A stretch of DNA of 64,000 bases, taken from IMG/VR virus record IMGVR_UViG_3300046170_000446, positions 32,001 to 96,000 of that record. The stretch is one strand, 5' to 3'. A model generated the notes under the pieces. The model ran no database searches. It saw nothing but the letters and a program-made list of their open reading frames with translations, and was not told the origin of the DNA. This document shows positions 27,468-36,140 of this stretch, piece by piece (the stretch's first letter is position 1; every line of letters starts with the position of its first letter). Origin of the DNA: a virus. A program made the position numbers and the translations under genes.

Positions 27468-30092
27468 CTATTTTTTCCACCAAGCCTTCTCTCCCTCTAT
27501 CTCTTCCAAGGGCAGAGCCTCGTAAACATCATCAGGTAAGCTGTCGATACCTTGTAAAGAAAACCACTCACCCTTAAGGCGATGAGAGCCTAGTTTAATG
27601 TGCAAATCAGACTCCCTCCAACCCCAACCCTCGTAAGAAGCGATCAGCTTAATCTCTTCACTGTTACCTGTTTGAAGCTGGGCTACCCTCGCTTTAGGGT
27701 CTTTAGCTCTACCTATCTTCAAGTGTCCGTTACCTGATGATTGCATAATGTAAAGGTAATCCCCATTACGCTCTTTCTGAGAGCTCTGAGCCTCAGCCCA
27801 TAAGAGGCGAGATTTAATGCGAGCACTTAAGTGTGTATTCCTGTGTTCATCTTGAGAGTTAAGCACAGCCTTTTGGATCGCCCCCTCATTAGAGAGTAAG
27901 ATTACTTTCTTCTTAGCTCTCGTCACCGCTGTATACAGAAGATTTCTCTGTAACTGGTTATGGAAAGCACTAATCATAGGGATTACAACAACATCGTATT
28001 CCTGACCTTGGCTCTTATGGATTGTCATCGCATACGCAAGGCGCAAGAGGCTCGACGCTTCTGAAAACTTAATCCGCACATACCGAGCAGGGGTATCGTG
28101 GAGCTTAATCTCTATCTCAGAGCTTTTCGTGTCGATCTGATTAACCTTACCCACATCGCCATTGTAAACACCGAGCTTGTAGTTATTCTTGACCACCATC
28201 ACACGGTCTTGCTCTCGGAGCGTATCGTTACCAATGCGCCACTCTCTGAGCCCTGCATTTGCAGGATTAATGCGCTCTCTAATCGAGCTATTCAAACTCG
28301 TCACTCCTGCGTCTCCTTTATGTCTAGGAGAGAGCACTTGGAAGTTGACGCGATCTCGGTAGAGCTTCGTAGCAATCTCGACAATCTTCCCTTGAGCATC
28401 CTTACCTGTATGGCACTCGTCTAATATGAAGTCAGAGTAGTTTGAGTAGTCAGGCATCAATCCTTTATGGATAGCGTGAGACGCATACACAATATCTGAG
28501 GTGTTCTCTTGCCTGAAAATCTCCTCTAAAGACACAACAGGGAACACTCCACAAGAAATAACCTCCTTGAGCACATTACCCGCCCCTACTGAAGGAAGCT
28601 GATTAACGTCGCCCACGAATACGAGCCTACACCCAGGCTTGGTGCTGTGTGTGATCCGATACAGCAAGTGTTGATCAAGCATCGAAGACTCATCAATCAC
28701 TACCACATCAGCAGGATGAGGATCTGTAGGCGTATAGCCCCACTCCTCTTTAGACCCGTCTGTGTTTAAGCCTCCATCGGTATCGCCTGTAATCCCTGCG
28801 TAAGAGCTTTCGCGCTCTCCCCCTGTATTAAGATTTTTGGCGCTAAAAGCTCTGTGTACTGTAGAGGCTGAGCAACCGCACACACTCGCGACCCTCTTAG
28901 CCGCAATCCCTGTAGGCGCTATGAGGAGCACTTGCTGACCCGCATCTCTCAATAAGCTCACAAGCATCTTTAAGGATGTAGTCTTACCTGTGCCAGGTAA
29001 CCCTGTGATTACGGACACTGGAGCTAACACAGCGTTTCTTACGCCTTCGAGTTGCTTATCTGTTAATGTTAAGGAAGCCTTGTAGCGGTCTAAATACATA
29101 TCAAGAGCTAACTCAAGGTCGCCCCAAACCTCTTGGTTTTGGGGGTTGAGGCTTCTCGCAATCTCTAATCTTGACGTGTCGCTGAGCTTTGCGTCTGTTA
29201 ATCTCCTCACCAGCGTCTGAGAGGCAGAGTTTTCGATCTTGTAGTTCCACAGATCGTAAATACTCACTTGACTGCCGATACGGTCTATGACGAGGCGCTT
29301 TTCTTTATGAAGCTCTTTAAGCAAAGCACCAATCTCTCCATCTGTGACGCTCGACCCGCAGAAACTACGTACTTGTTGAGCGAGGTACGCGCTACCAATG
29401 TAAAGATGTCCGAAGCCTCCCCCCTCACGCACAACATAATGGATTGAACCTCTTATCCTGTTAGGATTGCCGTTTAGTTTGACACCGTATTTCTGAGCTA
29501 TGGTGTCACACTGTTCAAACTTGACCCCGCGCACCTTAAGCAAAGACCAAGGGTTAGCTTTAATCTTACTAGCGCAATCATCTCCAAAAGTGCGCCAAAT
29601 AGTCCTAATCTTTTCAGAAGAGAGCCCTAAGCCGTTGAGGAAGTCGAGCGTTTGAAAGAAGTTTTTAACAAACAGCCACTTTACATTAACGTGTTGCGCT
29701 GACACCTCAGTGAGCCCACACTGAGTCTGCAAGAAATCAACATCGCCTAACGACTTTAGGAAGTCTTCATCAGAGAGTGTCTTACGTAACTGTGCGAGAG
29801 TCCAAGCACCTACGCCATACGAGACGAGCGCCTTTTCAGCGGTGTCTGCTGTCCACTCGCCCTTTACGCAAGGCGCGTTTTTGATGGTAAACTGCCGACC
29901 CCACTTAGGGTCTGTTTTCCAAAAGCCCTCAAAGCCAAACCATGTGCCGACTTGAACGTCAATACCTGGAACATTCCCTTTAACATCGACAAGTTGCCCT
30001 GTGTTGTCGAGCTTCATTTTTAGGATATAAAAGTTTTGAGCGGGATTTTTAAACTTTACCGAGTGGACAGTACCACTTTCATATGCCTTCAT
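27468..30092 (-). CDS. recD2: RecD2-like SF1B helicase fused to a C-terminal GIY-YIG (T5orf172-like) domain
   Basis: N-terminal RecD2 domain (NPW.L), TGLPGTGKTT, APTGIAA, IDESSM, VGDVNQLPSVG, YAMTIHKSQGQE and LLYTAVTRAK; tail YLYIM...KIG.AKDP..R...LQTGN...GEWF. Confidence 0.9.
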   Translation of the reverse strand: MKAYESGTVHSVKFKNPAQNFYILKMKLDNTGQLVDVKGNVPGIDVQVGTWFGFEGFWKTDPKWGRQFTIKNAPCVKGEWTADTAEKALVSYGVGAWTLAQLRKTLSDEDFLKSLGDVDFLQTQCGLTEVSAQHVNVKWLFVKNFFQTLDFLNGLGLSSEKIRTIWRTFGDDCASKIKANPWSLLKVRGVKFEQCDTIAQKYGVKLNGNPNRIRGSIHYVVREGGGFGHLYIGSAYLAQQVRSFCGSSVTDGEIGALLKELHKEKRLVIDRIGSQVSIYDLWNYKIENSASQTLVRRLTDAKLSDTSRLEIARSLNPQNQEVWGDLELALDMYLDRYKASLTLTDKQLEGVRNAVLAPVSVITGLPGTGKTTSLKMLVSLLRDAGQQVLLIAPTGIAAKRVASVCGCSASTVHRAFSAKNLNTGGERESSYAGITGDTDGGLNTDGSKEEWGYTPTDPHPADVVVIDESSMLDQHLLYRITHSTKPGCRLVFVGDVNQLPSVGAGNVLKEVISCGVFPVVSLEEIFRQENTSDIVYASHAIHKGLMPDYSNYSDFILDECHTGKDAQGKIVEIATKLYRDRVNFQVLSPRHKGDAGVTSLNSSIRERINPANAGLREWRIGNDTLREQDRVMVVKNNYKLGVYNGDVGKVNQIDTKSSEIEIKLHDTPARYVRIKFSEASSLLRLAYAMTIHKSQGQEYDVVVIPMISAFHNQLQRNLLYTAVTRAKKKVILLSNEGAIQKAVLNSQDEHRNTHLSARIKSRLLWAEAQSSQKERNGDYLYIMQSSGNGHLKIGRAKDPKARVAQLQTGNSEEIKLIASYEGWGWRESDLHIKLGSHRLKGEWFSLQGIDSLPDDVYEALPLEEIEGEKAWWKK

Positions 30093-30157
30093 TGTCTGTA
30101 CTCCTGATTGAGTTATGAGTACAGACAATACCCTATTTATGGCTGAAAGTAGCCTCC

Positions 30158-31144
30158 TTATTTAGCCATACTCCAGTCAAACTCGCCCGTCATACCGCTT
30201 GCATTGTAATCAGTTACCGTACCCTCAAAGAAATTCTTGAAGCTGTCCCCTGCGATTACCCAATCGAGCCAAGGAAGAGGGTTAGTCTTTTGTTTAAAGA
30301 TAGGCTTAAGTCCTAGCTGTAATAATCTGCGGTCTGCCAAATATCGAACATACGTCTTAACATCAGAAATCGAAAGCTCGTTTACGGTTTCTTCTTCTCC
30401 GTAAATCAGCTCAACCAGCGCGTCCTCAAGCTCTACCGCCTTCTCAAAGTTACGGTAAACGTAAGCCTTAAGATTATCGTTAACCACATGAGGGTTCTCA
30501 AGGCAGTATTCGTGGAAGAGCTTAGTCATCCCCTCAACGTGCATCGACTCGTCGCGGATCGACCACTCCACTACCTCGCACATTCCCCTCATCTTACCAA
30601 ATCTTTGGTAGTTAAGTAACATTACAAAAGCACTAAACAGGCTCATGCCTTCATTACAGACGGTGCGGGCAAGATGATAAGCAAGCTCTTCATCCCTGTT
30701 CTCAACCTGATCAGGCGGATTAAGCATAAAATCAATCTTATCCCTCATCTCATCAAAAGAAAGAAATTTAGTATACTCGCTCTCATGTAAGCCAAGCGTA
30801 TCATTGAGGAGCGCATAAGCGCGTTGGTGCGTGCCTTCGCGATTAGCGAAGCTCAAGAGCATATTCCTGATCTCGTTGTTTTTGAACGCAGGGATAAACA
30901 GAGAGCAGTAGTTGCCCCCCACCGCTACGTCAGATTGAGTGAACACCCTTAAGATTTGAGTAATATAACTCTTCTCAGAGTCGCTAATCCTACCGCCTTT
31001 CCATTGAGACAAGTCTTCTTGTAATCGGACTTCCCATGTCCCCCAATGGATTTTCTCATGTTCCTCAGCGATCTGCATCGCCCACGGAGCAGAGAAAGGT
31101 TTATAGGTGGTACTGTATTCGGTCAACCTTGGCATGAGAGGCAC
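30158..31144 (-). CDS. nrdB: Ribonucleotide reductase class Ia beta subunit
   Basis: FTQSD, EGTHQRAY, EGMSLFSAF, WSIRDESMH and NFFEGTVTDY. Confidence 0.93.
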   Translation of the reverse strand: MPLMPRLTEYSTTYKPFSAPWAMQIAEEHEKIHWGTWEVRLQEDLSQWKGGRISDSEKSYITQILRVFTQSDVAVGGNYCSLFIPAFKNNEIRNMLLSFANREGTHQRAYALLNDTLGLHESEYTKFLSFDEMRDKIDFMLNPPDQVENRDEELAYHLARTVCNEGMSLFSAFVMLLNYQRFGKMRGMCEVVEWSIRDESMHVEGMTKLFHEYCLENPHVVNDNLKAYVYRNFEKAVELEDALVELIYGEEETVNELSISDVKTYVRYLADRRLLQLGLKPIFKQKTNPLPWLDWVIAGDSFKNFFEGTVTDYNASGMTGEFDWSMAK

Positions 31145-32835
31145 TCCTCAATCTTATAATCACTCAATTTCTTACGCTCAACCCTTTGGCTGACTTTATC
31201 CGCTGTCACTCCTGCGTCGGTGCGCAAATAGTAAAGAGCCTTAAGCCCTTTCTTATATGCGCTGAGGTGAACAGCGTTAACATAGTTTACGTCTACCCCC
31301 GCAGGGAAGAATAGGTTCACACTCTGACCTTGACAGATATACTCTTGTCTCGCAGAAGCGTGCTCAATGACCCACATTTGATCCAGCTCTGAAGCGGTCT
31401 TAAAGACCTCCTTCTCTTGATCAGTCAGACAATCGAGGTGTTGCACAGAGCCCTTATGGGCAATCACGCTCTTGATGATCCCATCCACATCTACGTCGCG
31501 AGCTTCCAAGAGTTTAACGAGATATTTATTCGTATGAAGGAACGTCCCTGCCCTCGAACGATAAGTAAACGCATTAGAGCTGACGGGCTCAATGCTCGGT
31601 GAGGTGTCCAAGATGATCGCTGAGTTTGCATTAGGGGCAACAGCTAACAAGTGGCTGTTCCTCATTCCTGTGCCGACACCATCCCGATACTCACCGCGCT
31701 CCTCAGCCAATCTACGAGAAGCCTTAACCGCTCTCTCCTTAATCAAAGAAAATACTTGATGATTAAGGCTCTGAGCAAACATACTCTCAAAAGCAATGCC
31801 TCTACGCTGTAAAAGAGCGTGGAAGCCCATAGCGCCTAACCCAAGACTGCGCTCGCGCTCGGCACTCTTAATAGCAAGCTCTAACGAAGCAGGAGCGTTC
31901 TCAATGAAATACTGAAGCACGTCGTCAAGAAACTCGATTAAGTCTTCCACGATGGTGGTGTTTTTCCACTCGTCATAATATTCGAGGTTCAGCGAGCTCA
32001 GACAACACACCGCAGAACGGTCACCACTTGTAGGGAGCATAATCTCTGAGCAAAGATTAGAGCCTCTAATCTTAAGACCTCTCGCCTTCAACGCCCTTGG
32101 GAGTGCTCGATTGGCTGTGTCGATAAAACACAGATACGGCTCGCCTGTACGAAAGCGTATTTTTAAGATGCGCTCCCACAAAGCTCTAGCATCAAGAGTA
32201 TCTCTGACTTCACCTGAGTGCGGGTCAATCAAATCCCAAGAGTCCCCTGCGAGCACCGCATCCATAAACTTGTCTGTAATGTTGATCGCGTTATGGATAT
32301 TAAAACACTTACGGTTAGTGTCCCCGCCTGTAGGGACTCTAAGATTAAGAAACTCCATAATGTCAGGGTGGCTCACATCAAGGTAAGCCGCATAAGACCC
32401 CTTACGAGTCTTGCCTTGACGATAAGCCACCATGTCCGAGTCCACAGTTTTAATGAACGGGATAGGGCCAGGCGACTTATCCGACACAGCCCTAATGTCA
32501 GACCAGTGTCCTCCGACTCCTCCGCCGAGAACACTCATCCACCTCAGCTCGTCAGAATGCGCAATGAGTCCCTCAACGCTGTCGCCCACATAAGTAAGAA
32601 AGCATGAGATAGGTAGACCCCTGCCTCCTGCGTTAGAGAGGACAGGAGAGGAAAACATGAACCACCCTTTACGGACATATCCATAGAGCCGTTCCGCGAG
32701 GGCTTTGTTAGAGGTGTATGCGTAAGAGGCTCGTTTGAAAGCCTCAAGGGGATCTATCTCCCCATTCTTCATGTAATATTCTCTCAGGAGGCTCTCTGCG
32801 TGATCCGAGAGCGCGAAATCTTGGGTGTCCGTCAT
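31123..32835 (-). CDS. nrdA: Ribonucleotide reductase class Ia alpha subunit (short, no ATP cone)
   Basis: SSPVLSN, PISCFL, GSNLCSEI, VCCLSSLN, APNANS, CQGQSVNLF and C-terminal CLSCQG. Confidence 0.95.
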   Translation of the reverse strand: MTDTQDFALSDHAESLLREYYMKNGEIDPLEAFKRASYAYTSNKALAERLYGYVRKGWFMFSSPVLSNAGGRGLPISCFLTYVGDSVEGLIAHSDELRWMSVLGGGVGGHWSDIRAVSDKSPGPIPFIKTVDSDMVAYRQGKTRKGSYAAYLDVSHPDIMEFLNLRVPTGGDTNRKCFNIHNAINITDKFMDAVLAGDSWDLIDPHSGEVRDTLDARALWERILKIRFRTGEPYLCFIDTANRALPRALKARGLKIRGSNLCSEIMLPTSGDRSAVCCLSSLNLEYYDEWKNTTIVEDLIEFLDDVLQYFIENAPASLELAIKSAERERSLGLGAMGFHALLQRRGIAFESMFAQSLNHQVFSLIKERAVKASRRLAEERGEYRDGVGTGMRNSHLLAVAPNANSAIILDTSPSIEPVSSNAFTYRSRAGTFLHTNKYLVKLLEARDVDVDGIIKSVIAHKGSVQHLDCLTDQEKEVFKTASELDQMWVIEHASARQEYICQGQSVNLFFPAGVDVNYVNAVHLSAYKKGLKALYYLRTDAGVTADKVSQRVERKKLSDYKIEECLSCQG

Positions 32836-33014
32836 TCCTTAGTCTCCAATTTTAGATACGTTTAACTGCTCGACCGCCCACCCCTCGACCTGCTCATAAG
32901 ATTAGAGGGAGAGGTTGAGCCCAAGTCGGTGCCGTAATACGGACTATAAGATGAAAAAAGGAAAATATGCGACAGCTTTCTTGAGTTGCTGAGGATATCT
33001 TTCTCTATTTCTTC

Positions 33015-33980
33015 TTAAGTATCAAAGACTTCTAAGATACCTCCGAGCAAGACAAAAAATGGTGAGCGCACACTTCTCATCGTAGCCTCTTGGGTACGAG
33101 ACAAAACGCACACCAATCTTAAGCAACCCTCGCGCCCCCACGCACGCGCAGGTGCGCACAGGGAGTTCTTCAGATAATACTCGTTAATACCAGTGTCTGA
33201 AGCGATCTGCTTGGTTGTGAGCCCGCGCTCTAAAAGGTCTGCCACCTGTAACCACTTTAAAAGAGTAGGCTGTAGGTACTGAGAGATCAGTGTGTAAGTA
33301 TCTGCCTTATTCGTCTTGAGGTACTTCTCTACAGCCCTCAAGAGCACTTTCTTGTTCTTCGTGGCGAGCGCCTCACAGATGATGTTGCCCGATACCTCTG
33401 CGAGCGGAGCGATCACTTGCTTCAAGTCCTCAGCAGTGACCTCTTGATCTTTTGAGATCATCGCGACTTTTCTCAACTCAAAGTTGAGTATACCCAAGTC
33501 TGTACCCACCGCTTTAACGAGCGCCTTGACTAGCTTTGAGCTGATCTTGATATTAAGAGACTTAGCGATATTAGTAGCCACCTTAACCGCGTGCTCTTCA
33601 GCCTTGTACCACTCAGGAGACTTAAACTCTCGTTTGTAATCTGAAGCCAGCTTACTCACCACCTCCGTAAACAAGCCTGTTGCTTTCCTCAGTTTACCTT
33701 CCTGCTCTAGCAAGACCATAACATTAGGGTTCGCGTGCCGACCTATCTGATCCCTAATCATAGTCGGGTCTACCTTATCAGGCTTCTTTACCCATAAGAG
33801 CGTCTTCTCGGTAAAGAAAATACCGCCCATTAAAGTGGTTCGGATTGACTCATCAGAAGTCACACCGCCGACACAAGACTCGACGCGCCACCCTTCAGCT
33901 TCCTTCTCTTTCAGAAAGCCTCTAACAAACGCGTTCCTCAGCCACGTATCTCCACCCTCTACAAAGTAAACGAGACTCAT
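33015..33980 (-). CDS. holA: DNA polymerase III delta-like clamp-loader subunit
   Basis: VYFVEG, FF.EK.L, and AVGTDLGILNFELRK...VTAEDL motif. Confidence 0.7.
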   Translation of the reverse strand: MSLVYFVEGGDTWLRNAFVRGFLKEKEAEGWRVESCVGGVTSDESIRTTLMGGIFFTEKTLLWVKKPDKVDPTMIRDQIGRHANPNVMVLLEQEGKLRKATGLFTEVVSKLASDYKREFKSPEWYKAEEHAVKVATNIAKSLNIKISSKLVKALVKAVGTDLGILNFELRKVAMISKDQEVTAEDLKQVIAPLAEVSGNIICEALATKNKKVLLRAVEKYLKTNKADTYTLISQYLQPTLLKWLQVADLLERGLTTKQIASDTGINEYYLKNSLCAPARAWGREGCLRLVCVLSRTQEATMRSVRSPFFVLLGGILEVFDT

Positions 33981-34594
33981 TTGACCATACTCCCGAAAAG
34001 CCCTTCAATAACTTGACTTGGCGTGAGCGCCCTCATCGACAAAAGCTCTCTTAATCTTAACCAGCCCTCTATCACATGATCAGAAGCCCCTAAACCTATA
34101 GAATTAGAGTACCCTGCGAGGCAAGACTCTACCACCTCTCGCTCCATGCCCTTATTATCCCTCAAGACCTCTATAAAGAAACTGAGGTCTTGATCAGCCC
34201 ACCTCTGATAGAGCAAACTAATATCAAAAGGGTGGCTCTCCTCCCCGTCTCCGTTAGGACACCATACGGCTCGACAGCGTGACTTAATCGTAGGAGAAAC
34301 ACCTCCAAGATCATCTGCCCACAAGAATATGCCGACCTTCTCAAAAGGCTCTTCGATGACCTTGAGAAGCGCATCTGAAGATAAAGGACTCGCGATGTCT
34401 AATCTGCCGATGATTATCGAACTAGGGTTTACAGCGCCTTTACGGTTAAGCTGTACGACTTCGCGAGCCTCATCTTTCTTGAGCCCGCGACCCTCCATAC
34501 CGAAAGGCTTTCTTAGTAAACGACCAAAGAGCATGGCTTCCTGGGTACAGGTAGCTTCCGCAGTAGGCCCATGATAAAGTGCTGGTGTGAGCAT
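33977..34594 (-). CDS. holB: DNA polymerase III delta'-like clamp-loader subunit
   Basis: LYHGP, DALLKVIEEP and PTIKSRC (SRC motif). Confidence 0.75.
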   Translation of the reverse strand: MLTPALYHGPTAEATCTQEAMLFGRLLRKPFGMEGRGLKKDEAREVVQLNRKGAVNPSSIIIGRLDIASPLSSDALLKVIEEPFEKVGIFLWADDLGGVSPTIKSRCRAVWCPNGDGEESHPFDISLLYQRWADQDLSFFIEVLRDNKGMEREVVESCLAGYSNSIGLGASDHVIEGWLRLRELLSMRALTPSQVIEGLFGSMVK

Positions 34595-34643
34595 GGTTAT
34601 ACCTCCTGCTTCACATACACTATAAACACACATAGGTGGCAAG

Positions 34644-34802
34644 ATGAATGAAGACTACACCCTCGAAGAGTTATACGAGATTAACCGAGAAGCGATTAAA
34701 AAAGAGCTCCCTGAGCTCGATGAAGAAACTCTCCATGACGAAGCCTGTGATGCGGCGCTGACGCAACACCTTTATCAAGAGCTGGCTAAAAAAGACTCAT
34801 AA
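34644..34802 (+). CDS. Small acidic hypothetical protein (52 aa, not in the ORF track)
   Basis: Open frame MNEDYTLEELYEINRE... after AGGTGG. Confidence 0.35.
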   Translation: MNEDYTLEELYEINREAIKKELPELDEETLHDEACDAALTQHLYQELAKKDS

Positions 34803-35125
34803 CTCTGTTGAAGCCGAGCCTCGACAATCCCTATCGCGTCCTGATCCTGTTTGGCGCTCCAATAGTCCCTACAGCTCTCTAAACTGCTCTCAGTACCCTC
34901 AACACTCAAAGACTCCAAAACAGGCACATAGATGCCTTCCCATTCGTCATATCGGAAGGTGAGCACCTTTGAGGTTAAAGAGTCTGTGACGTACACGTTT
35001 CTTGACGTGTTACCCACCATGCTCCTAGGAAAGCCTACATGGGTTGTGCCTCTTAAAACTCCTAAGACCGCTAACGCGATGTCTTGGTTGATGGGTGTAA
35101 GCCCTCTCTTCAGTCCTGTAAGCAT
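34775..35125 (-). CDS. Hypothetical protein
   Basis: RBS AAGGAGG before ATG 35125. Confidence 0.55.
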   Translation of the reverse strand: MLTGLKRGLTPINQDIALAVLGVLRGTTHVGFPRSMVGNTSRNVYVTDSLTSKVLTFRYDEWEGIYVPVLESLSVEGTESSLESCRDYWSAKQDQDAIGIVEARLQQSYESFLASS

Positions 35126-35176
35126 CTGATCTGCCTCCTTATTTCCAACTAAGCTCACTAGCAGGTTGCTTAGAGG

Positions 35177-35361
35177 CAAATTAATTTGGGCTTCAGGCAA
35201 AATGTTTTCAAATTAATTTGGGCTTCAGGCAAAATGTTTTCAAATTAATTTGGGCTTCAGGCAAAATGTTTTCAAATTAATTTAACCTTAAATCGAGCCT
35301 AGAAGCGGTTTAACCTCCAAATTAATTTGGGCTTCGGGCAAAATGTTTTCAAATTAATTTG
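35177..35361. repeat. Iteron-like 32-bp repeats with a palindromic core CAAATTAATTTG (putative origin)
   Basis: CAAATTAATTTGGGCTTCAGGCAAAATGTTTT at 35177, 35209, 35241 and 35318 (one mismatch); partial copies at 35273 and 35350. Confidence 0.85.
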
Positions 35362-35570
35362 CTCGCAAATTGTTTTCAGCGGGGCAAATCTTTTTGTCTC
35401 TCATCAAAATCTTTTCAAGTCGCTAGAAGAGGTTTTCCAGCCTCTCGCCCCTGTAAGCTGTTGATTTCTTTGAGTTATTTTGTTTAGTATCTTTTAGAGA
35501 GTGTTTCTAATCTTTTCTAGATTAAAAAATCTACTTATCTAAAGATAAAGTACCCCTAAAATAATGAAAG

Positions 35571-35687
35571 ATGATCATTACTACTATGATGATTATTAGT
35601 ATGAGTATGACTACTACTAGGACTAGTATCAGTAGGATGAGTATGAGGAGTAAGAGTAGGATTATTATGAGCGACGTTATTATTATT
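35571..35687. repeat. Degenerate trinucleotide tract (A-N-N)n
   Basis: 34 consecutive triplets start with A (ATG ATC ATT ACT ACT ATG...). Confidence 0.8.
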
Positions 35688-36140
35688 CACATGGACTTCC
35701 CCACTCTACCCTATAAGTCTACTTAGATAATTTACTTCTACCTACTTAGAGATTTAACGGCTCTCTCTCAGTAGAAGCACCCGACTATCTAGTAGAGGGT
35801 GGTGAGGTTGTGGAGCCTCCTTTAAACCTCTGTGATAAGAATAAGGTCTTATCCGCTAGAGGAACAGAGAGGGTCGCTGTTGGTAGACCCTATTTAGCCT
35901 ACCTACCTTCTCTGCAAGGTTCTCCGAGTCCCTTCTCCAAGAGGAGTTAGGGCAACCCATGACTAGGATTTGTAAAGATCGCTAGAGGTGGCTCCCGCAC
36001 GTTTCCACGACATCTCTATCTCGGTTTTCAATCAAGTCTTGAGTGTGGGCGCTCAAGCCTCTCAACCGACACACCTCCAAACGGAGGGTCTAGCAAGGTT
36101 CTTATGTAGCCCCAAACTGAACCCTCCGTCAAGAGCCTTT

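Noticed and set aside
30158-32835. Introns or inteins in nrdA/nrdB (also considered for recA, polA and terL)
   Set aside because: Motif spacing is continuous and no splice-junction or homing-endonuclease insert is visible.
35177-35361. CRISPR array
   Set aside because: The repeats are head-to-tail without unique spacers (only one ~35-bp interruption) and no cas genes are present; iteron-like instead.
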